NCBI RefSeq assembly: GCF_020745735.1
Contig: NC_083445.1
Coordinates: 2,046,001 to 2,110,000, forward strand
Length of the DNA: 64,000 nt
Direction: 5' to 3'
DNA from: Hemiscyllium ocellatum
Lineage: Eukaryota
Shown: positions 12,697 through 22,690 of the stretch, piece by piece
How positions within the stretch are numbered: the first letter of the stretch is position 1
Layout of the letters: every line of letters starts with the position of its first letter
Notes under the pieces: model-generated
The model's input: only the letters and a program-made list of their open reading frames with translations
Told to the model about the DNA's origin: nothing
Databases searched by the model: none
Made by a program: the position numbers and the translations under genes

Positions 12697-13701
12697 GTTG
12701 TAGATGTGCCCGTCAGTAATATCCAGATTTTCTTTATGTTCAATGTCACTCCACATAATCTGTTTCTCATTTTGCTTTTTAACATCACTTCTAAACCTTC
12801 TGTATTGTACTTGGTTCTCAACTTTAATTACTACCTGACGCATGTCATAAACACACTTCCTTTACTGGATATCCATCACCTTTGACATCAAGGGAACTCT
12901 GCATTTGTTTGTCTCCCTTTTCCCATTTGTGGGAATTTACTTTGCCTGTGCCCAGATCATTTCTTTTCTGAAGACAGCTCATTGTTCAGCCATTGATTTT
13001 CCCATGAACCTTTGGTTGTCGTTCACTTGATCCTGCTGTGTTCTTGCCCTACTGAAGGCCACTCTCCCCCAGTTGAATATTCTTACTCTGGATTGACCAA
13101 TGTCATTTTCTGCCATTGTCCTGATGATATGATGATCACTGAGCCCTCAATGTTCTCCCACTGACACTTGCTCCATTTGGCCCATTCCCATGACCAGGTT
13201 GAGCAATTCCTCCTTTCTTATCGGTCTGGATACTTACTGCTGGAGAAAATTCTCCTGAACAGTCTCAGAATGCTTTCCCTTTGTTGGTCTTTATATTACC
13301 TCTGTATCAGTCTATCTCCCAGTAATTAAAACCTCTATTACAATTGCTGTATGAAGGTAACCCAGTCTCTGAAATGTATTTACAATGTCTATCCTCAGTT
13401 ATTCAGGATCCCAACAGAAACCCAAAATAAATTGGAAATTTCTGAAAAGCAGCACTCAGAATGTTACATTTTTCACAGAATTCAGAGCAGGTTATTCCAC
13501 ATTTTATCCTGTGCTTTATTTTGCCTGGTACTGTTTGATACTGACACTGGGTTTTAAAATAGAAACCAATTTTATTCTAAATATTAAAATCTGGAGAGCA
13601 CCAGAAAGAATGAGCAGAAGAATTTGAAGAATATTTGAATTTTGAGTTGTGCAGTATACGGATTTAACTTTTGATTAGAATTAACTTTACACTTGCACTA
13701 G

Positions 13702-13938
13702 TAAAAGCAGAGATCTTTAAAGCTCAAGAAAACTGGATTGAAGGGGAATCACAGAATTTAACATGTCATGGGCAAGGGAACCCAGATCCCCAGAGGGTCT
13801 GGATCAAAGATGGGAGAATGGAAAGCAGAGAGATACTCTACATCCCATCTGTTCAAATGCAGCATGGGGGACTGTACGTGTGCATGGTCAAAAATGAGCA
13901 CGGATCTAAAACCTCATCTCTAAATGCAACTATTTTGT
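13702..13938 (+). CDS. ICAM-like gene A, I-set Ig exon (D5)
   Basis: Acceptor cttgcactag at 13701, donor T|gtgagt at 13939, 237 nt, phase 1/1. Encodes WIEGESQNLTCHGQGNPDPQRVWIKDG...LYIPSVQMQHGGLYVCMVKNEHGS. Confidence 0.85.
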
Positions 13939-14298
13939 GTGAGTATCAGAATCCAGGAAATTGAATCTTTGATTCTACTTTTATTCTGAGCACTGTGAAC
14001 ATTGTGCGATATTCTTAGACCGTCAGACCCAGTAGCTGTAAACTTGAATTAGTATTTACACAATGACTGCATTTCACTGTGACCATACATCACAATAACA
14101 GATGACTGTAAGTACGTCCCAGGCTGTAACACGACTGCAGAGATTCACCTGTTCTGAAATGACTGTCTGGAAGATAGATGACAGCACAATATGTGGCGAA
14201 GTTTGGACATCCCGTCAATTGAAGCCGTGTTGGGGAGCTGTATCAGTGATCCTGTAGGTCTTGCCTGCCTATTTTCATCTTTTTCTTCTCTTTTCCAG

Positions 14299-14586
14299 AT
14301 AAACCACAAGACACAATCATGACCATATCGGTAAATAGCAAAACCATGTCAGGCGTTCCAGTAGAAGTTACTGAAGGTGATGAAATTACATTAAACTGTA
14401 AGTCCAATGGAAGACCCTCACCTACATTAGAGTGGGTAAACCCCAGTAATGGCAGCAACATTGAGATTGATCCCTCTGGATTTCTGCACATTCCGTACAT
14501 AACCTCAGAACATCAAGGAATTTATAAATGTAGAGCTACCAATCAATATGGAATTGATGAGAAGGAAGTGGACATCAGGGTCAAAG
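14299..14586 (+). CDS. ICAM-like gene A, I-set Ig exon (D6)
   Basis: Strong acceptor ttcttctcttttccag at 14298, donor G|gtcaga at 14587, 288 nt. Encodes YKPQDTIMTI...EGDEITLNCKSNGRPSPTLEW...HQGIYKCRATNQYG. Confidence 0.9.
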
Positions 14587-14609
14587 GTCAGAATCTAAAA
14601 TTACTATTA

Positions 14610-14942
14610 CAGGTAGACAACCCTTTATCCGAAATTCCGAAATCTGAAAAGCTCCGAAGTCCAAAGGCATTTTTTGTAAAGTTTTTTTCTCATTAATAAT
14701 GTTGTTTGGCGTGCAAACAGTTAACCCAGTCAACACCCACTCGACGTGACATACAGGGCCGTGGTCCAGCACCGGCAGGCCTCAATTCTCTCTCAAGTCC
14801 TGTTTTACTGAGCGAGTGATGCTCCTCCAGTAAACTTTTAAAAATTTTCACCATAGAACTGTCACTTATTCCAAGATTCAAAAAATTCTGAATTCCAAAA
14901 ACCTGCTGTACTGAACATTTCAGATAAAGGATTGTACACCTG
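14610..14942. mobile_element. Tc1/mariner-pogo-type MITE (333 bp) with TA target duplication
   Basis: The terminal inverted repeat (TIR) CAGGTAGACAACCCTTTATCCGAAAT matches the reverse complement of the right end, CAGGTGTACAATCCTTTATCTGAAAT, at 22/26. TA flanks both ends (14608-09, 14943-44). Confidence 0.8.
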
Positions 14943-15788
14943 TATTATTAGTTCGGGTTCCTGTTTAACTCCACCCTTCCTGACAATGGGACAAATGGAT
15001 AAACTGTTGCCTGCCTCTAACAATGCTGCTCTGTAACTGGCCTCTGGTACATTGGGAACAGGTGGTTCAGTGTGAGAATCTCTTGCACGTGTTTCTCTTT
15101 GTGCATAGAAGCACCATCCTCCTGTTGTGTGTTTGTCCCACCTGCCCGAGTAATAACTCTGGGGTGGAGGGCAGTTGTGGCTGTGAATCTACACACTGCC
15201 ACTCTAAAATAATTGCAGTGAGGCCCTGTCACTATCTTACCCCTTATTTACATGTCTCCTGGTCTGTGACTAGTCGGCTCAAAGTCAGTCCTTAGACTGA
15301 GGAGCCCTTCTGAATTCCCTGTTTATGTCTGTCAGCCAGGGTTCCCTGACTAGGCTTGTTAAACTATGCAAATCAAGAATCTCATTGTCAATGAGATCCA
15401 TCTAGCCATGGTTCCAATCAAACAATTCCAGGAAGGATGTACCTGTCCTTTTTCTTGCAGCTTCTCCTGGGATGTTTTTGCCCTCGGTCTGGTTCTTCTG
15501 AATGGAAATGGGTGTGTGTGCCACACCATAGCCTGTCTCTTATGTCTGCAGCACCTGGGGAGTTTCTTTCAGCAGTAACAATATTGAGACTGAATCCATC
15601 TCAGATTCTGAGGTTTCCTCAATATTAGACAGAGGGGGAGCAACTCACAATTTCTCACTCTTTTCTGGCTGTTCTGAGCGGCCAGATATATTTTGCACTA
15701 GCACTGTTTGCATAGTAGCAGCTTTCAGGTGACCCACATTTGTTCAGGACCCCCTCACCTACCCAAACATTGTTTGTCATAGGACCTG

Positions 15789-15977
15789 GGATAAAAAATG
15801 AGGTCTGCAGATGCTGGAGATCACAGCTGAAAATGTGTTGCTGGTTATAGCACAGCAGGTTAGGCAGCATCCAAGGAACAGGAAATTCAATGTTTCGGGC
15901 ATAAGCCCTTCATCAGGATTCCTGTTCCTTGGATGCTGCCTAACCTGCTGTGCTTTAACCAGCAACACATTTTCAGC
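15789..15977. mobile_element. Fold-back PLE mini-element, family A
   Basis: An inverted copy of the PLE 3' terminus is followed by a forward copy (about 61-bp arms, 1 mismatch). Flanked by tgtcataggacctg at 15775-88 and 15978-91. Confidence 0.85.
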
Positions 15978-18599
15978 TGTCATAGGACCTGACATTGCAT
16001 TGACCTTGTCCCATACCCATGTCAGGCCATTTCTGTGGTTCCAGCACCAAATGTCTTCACCTGAAATAAATTTGCTTAGAGGAGGCATGTGGCAGGCATT
16101 GACATTCCTACTGCTGTTTCACCCTGACCTCCAGGTCTGGGAATATCAGTTTTAACCTGGTGTGGAATCTTCTCCATATCAGCAACTCTGCTGGAGCCAA
16201 CCCTGGTGTTGCCTGAGGGATGGTCCCATAATCAAACAGTAACCAGGACAAGTTGGTATCAAGTGAAGCTATAGGCAGTTTCTTTAAGCCTGCCTTCAAC
16301 ATTTGGACTGCTCTTTCCTCGAGAACACTGGACGATGGATGGTATGCAGCTGTATGAACAGGCCAAATGCCATTTGGCTTTAGGAAATACTCAAACCCCT
16401 GCTGGTAAATGATGTCACATTGTCCTTAACTAGGAGTCCGAGTATCACGAACAAAGCTCACAGCTTTTCACTCATCATCCCTGAATTTACCAAATGAATT
16501 CTCTGCATGCCTAACCACTTTGAATTGGCCTTGTGAGACTCTGGGTACTGCCCCACCTACACAACTATGTTGGCCACCTGACATAACTCTTTGCCAACAT
16601 CTTCATTTTGGAAATCCCTGGATGACTCAGGTGGGGTTCAGCCAGTATCTGGCCGTGATCTTTACTTGGGACAATCGCTCTAGCTCCCATAGTAATATGT
16701 CATTCTCTACGCTAATCTGGTCTCACAAGGTCCAGAAAGATTTCAATCCTGGTTGAGATGGCCCTTTTGTTTCCCATTACCAAGAGCTGTTTTAATTTTG
16801 CAAGGATGGGATCTTTCTGTGTCCAGAATCGGATATTGTCAATGGTGACGAGAAGGGTTCCCAGAAAGTTTAAAACCAGAATGGACTCTTCCAGGGGAGG
16901 CACCACCAATGGAGTATCTGCCAGCGGAGGTGCCTGAAAGCATGCGCATTTGTCACTTGGCCTCTTGGATGGTGTTCCAAGTAGTAATGGTACCCACTGA
17001 GAAAAAGGGCTCACCGTTGAATTTGACCAGAAGCTATGGGTGACATGGCCTTGCCCTCTTTAAGTAGCTCTATCAGGGTTTGTGGTCCTTCACGATGATA
17101 AATGTATGTCGTAAAGGTGGAACTTCCTCAGGGCAAAAATGACTGCCAAACCTTCCTTCTCTATATGGATGTATTTGTGTTCAGCATCAGCCAAAGTCCA
17201 GCAAGCAAACACTATCAGATATTCTTCTCCGTTGGGCCACTCGTGAGCCAACACTACCCAGGTACCATATAGGGAGGCATCGCATGTCAGCACTACTGCT
17301 CGCTTTGAATTGTAGTGGGTCAACACCTTAGATGACAATAGCTGCTTTTTCACTTCCCCAAAGGCTACTTTTTGGCTGTGTGACCATTTCCAAGGCTGAC
17401 CCTTTTTCAACAGTTGTAAAGGTGCAACGATGGAAGCCAGGTTATATATGAATTTTCCATAATAATTCACTAACCCAAGGAGGTACATAAGCTCTGGTAG
17501 AGACATGGGAACCAGGGCACATCTGATCACTCTCACTTCATCTTCCAATGAGTGTAACCCAGATTTGTTGACTCTGTGGCCCAAATAGGAGACGTGGAGC
17601 ACATGGAACTCTCATTTTTTCCTTCTAATGCATAAACCTGCCTGGGAGAAATGTTTAGGCACTATGTCCAAATTCTCCAAGTGCTCTTTATTAGTCATCC
17701 TGGTTATTGGCAAGTCATCCAGATAAAAGGAAACCCAGGGTAGTCCTTGTAATATGTTCTCCATGGTTCACTGAAAACGGTTAAGGCTGATATTATCTAA
17801 AATGGTGGTCTTGTTTATTGGTACAAACTCCCATGTGAATTAATTGTGGCATACTTCTGGGACTCCTCATTTAGTCATAACTGAAGGTGGCATGTCCCCT
17901 CCCTACCTATTTTATGTACAAGTCCTCGCTACAAAAGATTGGGTATATATCCAGCTGTGAGAAGTGTTTTACGGTTTTCTTCAAATCCTCACAAAGGCGA
18001 ATGGAGCCGTCAAGCTTCACAATCTATACAACCACTGTTGCCCATTCCACAAACTGCATTGATTTGATGATTCCCTCACTCTCCAGCCTCCTGATTTCTA
18101 CCTCTTCTTTTGCCCGTAAGGCAAATGGCACTGGGCAGGCCTTGCAAAACTGTGGAATTACTTCCTGGTCAACATGTAAAATGGCATTGGCTCCTTTGAT
18201 AATCCCAACCTTTTTCTAAAAGCTCTGGCTATTTCATTAGAACTTCATTCAGGCAGCCATTTTCTAATTGCAAAATATTGAGCCAATCTAGGTGAATCTT
18301 TCTCAACCAATTCTGCTCCAACAGGATTGAGCTTCTTCCAACAATCAGCGGTAACTTCTTATAGGGGACCAGAACCAATGTCGTACCCTTAGTGTGTAAC
18401 AGTTCCCTGGTGACTGTTCTCAATCTGGCCGAGGTCTTGCGCAAACCTCAGCCCAGAGGAAATCTTGTTAAAGATTGGTTTATGTAACCACTGACACATC
18501 AACCTCAATGAGAAGCGGGTGACCATTTAACCAGACATTTATTTAATTGATTCTGATTTGGATACAATTTAACTGTTCCAAACCACAAAAAGGTGGACT

Positions 18600-19055
18600 T
18601 TCCAGGGTGTGCATCCACCAATCCATGGCTGAACACTTCAACTTCCCCTCCTTCTCCGTCAAGGACATACGGGTCCTGCACCTCCTCCAACGCCTGGAGG
18701 AGGAATACCTCATATTCTGCCTTGGGACCCTGCAACCACACTGGATAAATGTGGATTTCAACAGTTTCCTCATTTCTCCTCCTCCCACATTATCCCATTC
18801 CCAAGCTTCCAACTCGGCACCACCCTCTGGACCTGTCTATCACTCCCATCTCTGACTTATCACCTTCTCCCTCACCTTCATCCACCTGTCGCTTTCTCAG
18901 TTACCTTACCCTCCCCCACCCCCCTCCCATTAATCTCTCAGTCCTGGCCCACAAGCCTCATTCCTGATGAAGGACTTATGCCCAAAACGTCGATTCACCT
19001 GCACCTTGGCTGCTGCCTGACCTGCTGTGCTTTCCCAGCAACACTCTCTTGACTC
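18600..19055 (+). mobile_element. Penelope-like element 3' fragment (GIY-YIG C-terminus plus terminus), family A
   Basis: ORF reads MAEHFNFPSFSVKDIRVL...LEEEYLIFCLGTLQPHWINVDFNSF. A degenerate hammerhead ctgatgaaggacttatgcccaaaacgtc lies at 18964-18991. Confidence 0.8.
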
Positions 19056-21312
19056 TCCTGGATACTGGCCTATGAGTTTTCTTACTCAGGTCTCATAGGG
19101 CTCCTTTGCTGTCTCAAGCCCACATACCAGCAACAACTACAATGGCTTGCCAGTCCAGATCCTGAATAACTTTGCAGCTATCTGGCAAAGGCTCAGCTTT
19201 GCTGTGGACTGACCAAGGGTCCTTCTGTTCTCCTATGCCCTGCTTGAGTCACTGTGATTGCCTACACTCAAGTGGTCTTCCCCAAGCTCAGACGGACAAG
19301 TGTTCACTTTCATTGGGATGCCCTCTAAGTTCCATGCTGCATTTTCTAATGACAAAGCCAGTTGTAGTGCCTGTTTGAAGTCCAGTTGGACTTCAGTTAG
19401 AAGGTACTTTGCAGGGTTACCTCATGAATGCCATATACCAAATGGTCTCTCAGCATATCATTCAGGGTTAACCAATGTCTCTGCCAGTCGTCTTAACCTC
19501 ATCAAAAATCTCGATATGGATGCCCCTGGTTCTCCAACAGCCAAATACTGGGCCTAATCTTTGATGACAGAATTGAACGAATCAGGCTTCCAAAATAAAA
19601 TGCTTATCCCAACTGAAAGACGACTGTTTTAAACAAATTATATTCAGGCATGTATTGTTTTCTCTTGTCTCTACTGATATAATTGCACAGAGGCTGGAAT
19701 CCTGTCACCAAGACACCCATTATTTATGTGTACACACTACACTGGCTGTGATCAGCCAGCTCAGAGTCAGTCCCTGAACTGAGGAGATTCTGAATGCGCT
19801 GTTTATACTGTTCTTTTTGCTTTTCCTTTTTAGTACACTCACTGTGACCAGCTAGCTCAGATTCAGTCACCTGAATTGAGGAGATTCTAAATCTCCTGTT
19901 TATAAATATTTTTTTTCTCCCCTTACACTATTGCAATTCTGCAATAGTGCTTCTATTTCTTAGCACCCATGTTTGCGTGAATCCCATGTTAATTTTTTTT
20001 CTAAATCTTTATGCTGTTCACTCTGAGCTAGCTCTCAGAGTGAACAGCATGTCTGACACTCATGCTGTTCACCTTTTTTTTCCCTCCCCCCACAGTACCA
20101 TCTGACAGCGGTAGTACTTATTTTTTCCCCAGCACCCATGTCGTTTGTGTGTTGGTGAAAAACAACAAGTGTGCAATTCTTTGTTTATATTCCACCACCA
20201 GGAAGAAAGGAAACACCCAAGTGGTCAGTGACAAGCAGTGCCCTTCTCAGAGGGCAATGCTGTGTGATCAAGCAGTGAACGGGAGGGCAGGGATTAAATA
20301 ATCCTTTGTTAATTTTTTTTGATCCAGCTCCCTCAGAGCCAGCTCTCAGAGTGAACAGAACCTCTGACACTGTCTCTTGGTTATTTTGTTTCTTCTCAGA
20401 GTGAACAGGATGTTTGGCATCCTTTTTTTTATTTTTTTTACCCACACACTACCACCTAACTACGGTTGTGCTTATTTTTTCCCCAGCACCCAGGTTGTGT
20501 GTGTGCAGGTGTGAGACACAGTGAAAGACACAAGGTGCACAAATCTTTATTCAGTTTCCACCACCAGGAAGTAAGGAAACACCTGGTGGCCAGTGACAAG
20601 CAGTGCCTTTCACATCAAAGGGCAATGCTGTGTGATCAAACAGCGAAGGGGAGGGCAGGAATTAAATAATCCTATGTTAACATTTGTTAGCCAGAGCTCC
20701 CTGATTGGCCAAGGTTAACAACGACAATGAAGAGTCTCATTGTCAATGACATTCACTCGGCCATGATCTTAATCATTACACACTCCAAGAAGCAGAGGTT
20801 TGGAGCAGATCAGTGAGTGAAACACACATCTCTAAGCTTCATTTCTCCTCATGAGGTGGGGAAACAAGAAACAAACACAAGCAAGAAGTATGCAAACACA
20901 GCAGCTTAATCAGTGCCTTGGGGAAAATGCTAATGGAGGTTTAGGGTTGAAGATTGAAAGAAAGACAGGATATGTAATTTTCAGTAATGTAAGAGATAGA
21001 GAAAAATTATAAACTCTGGAAATTCTGGAACCAGCTGAAAAGAAAGCTTGTCAGCATTATATTAAATTTACTTAACCGTGTGTAATTCCCGCAGAACATA
21101 AACAGGAATAGATAGTGAGTTGAAAATAGACTGCCAAGGAATGGTGTGTGATGTGGGAAGAATGAAAGAAGGTGAAAAATACAAGCAGGAAAACAGCCAT
21201 GGAAGAGCTGATTAAGCACATGGGGACACTAGATTTCAGAAATATTCAGGCATTTTGCAATAAATATATTTCCCTGGACTATTGATGATCTTTTCTTTCT
21301 ATGTTTTCATAG

Positions 21313-21509
21313 ATTTAAGATGGATAATACTAGTGACTGCAGGAATAGCAGTATTGATGGTAATTGCTGTGATGGCCTTGTACTGGAAATGCAGTGCCCA
21401 TAAGAGAGGACAGTATAAATTAGACAAAGCAAAACCCAACAACAATGCACAAGTCCCCAACGGAAAGGATCATCAGGAAGATGTTCCTTTGGAGAAACTT
21501 CATCCATAA
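21313..21509 (+). CDS. ICAM-like gene A, last coding exon: transmembrane helix and cytoplasmic tail
   Basis: Acceptor atgttttcatag at 21312, phase 1 matching D6. Encodes DLRWIILVTAGIAVLMVIAVMALYWKCSAHKRGQYKLDKAKPNNNAQVPNGKDHQEDVPLEKLHP-stop. Confidence 0.9.
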
Positions 21510-21896
21510 CTTGGTAGCACAACAACAATTACAAACTAGTATGATATATGTTTTGAACAGAAATTCCGATGATCCTGTAGTCAATATTGTATCCAACAAG
21601 TGCAGCTCATTGCAATATTAAAATTGTTTGCAGTAATTACTGTAATAATTGTAATGACAACATTTTCCTCACATTTCTCAACATTTTAGATTGCTTTTGA
21701 AATACTGTATTGATCATTTTCATGTATTTTTTCAAACTCTGGATTGTCACCTGAGCTCTGGTAACTAGATTTAGCACTGATATCATCAAAGCTTTATGAA
21801 AACAACTTTCTTTCCCACTAATTGACACGAAGGCTAGATACAAGATGTGTTTATTCTGTAAAATAATTTACCTATTGTGACTGTTTGCTTTAATTG

Positions 21897-21902
21897 AATA
21901 AA
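21897..21902 (+). promoter_or_regulatory. Candidate polyadenylation signal of gene A
   Basis: AATAAA about 390 nt after the stop in an AU-rich 3' UTR, followed by GT/T-rich sequence. A variant ATTAAA lies at 21617-22. Confidence 0.5.
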
Positions 21903-22690
21903 TATTGTATTTGTAATCTATAGTTTTCCAAATGTATGAAATGAAGACTAGATGTGAAACAAAATCTCAATTTTAAAATTCACATCATGTTTAAGTGCCT
22001 CCATGCCTTTCCTCTCTGTATTTCCATAAAGTCCCTTTGCCCTGTAAACTTCCATGAATTATATACTTCTCCAATTCAGGTATGTTGTGTGTTTTGATTT
22101 TCATTTCCCCAAGACCATTAGCAACTTTGCCTTCAACAGCCCTAGGCCCTGACCTCTGGAAGTCCTTCCCAGTCTCTTAGAGACTTTCTTAAAACCTATA
22201 AATGTTGATCAAACTTTTTCTAGCATGCTTGCTTCTTTAAGGCTGTCGATTTCAGTCCCCTTTCAGATTGGAAGCATACGAATAAAAACTGAGGTCTGAA
22301 TCATGATGCTGCATCTGCTCAACAGCAGCATATCATTTTGAATGATGTACCCAATCCTGACAAGGCCAGTGGTGGCTATATCCCAGATATTGATTCACTG
22401 GATGGTAGTTATATGTGGAAGGCCCCTTCCTTCACTTTACCGTTACACACTCAAATGCTTCAGTTTAGCCGCATTTCTAGACATGGCATATATATGGTTA
22501 AAATCAGGGATACGCAAGGACCAGAGTTGGAGCAGCGGAGAATTCTGATAAATTTGTAGGGTTGGGGATGGATACAAAGAGTGTAAAAAGTGGAACAGAT
22601 GAAGTCAAGGAGAGAACTGAAATTGCAGCTGATAATTTGAAAAGGCCCCTAATTTGAAAAGCCAGCAAGCACAGGCATGTTGGGATGCCA

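Larger units (their letters stand above)
15205..20780 (-). mobile_element. Full-length decayed Gypsy LTR retrotransposon, antisense in the last intron of gene A
   Basis: LTRs at about 15205-15424 and 19675-20780, with CACTC on both flanks (15200-04, 20781-85) and a PBS-like gtagagacaag next to the 5' LTR. RT/RNase H (YLGHRV...LGLVNYYGKFI...CDAS...IEKEGLAVIF), integrase (LLFDYGTIPQATPGLAPAELL) and protease remnants are present. Confidence 0.85.

Noticed and set aside
13702-13710. Second AG 9 nt downstream of the D5 acceptor; its use would create an in-frame TAG with the D4 terminal T
   Set aside because: It has no pyrimidine tract of its own, and the first AG after the likely branch point is normally used. 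There is no evidence without RNA data.
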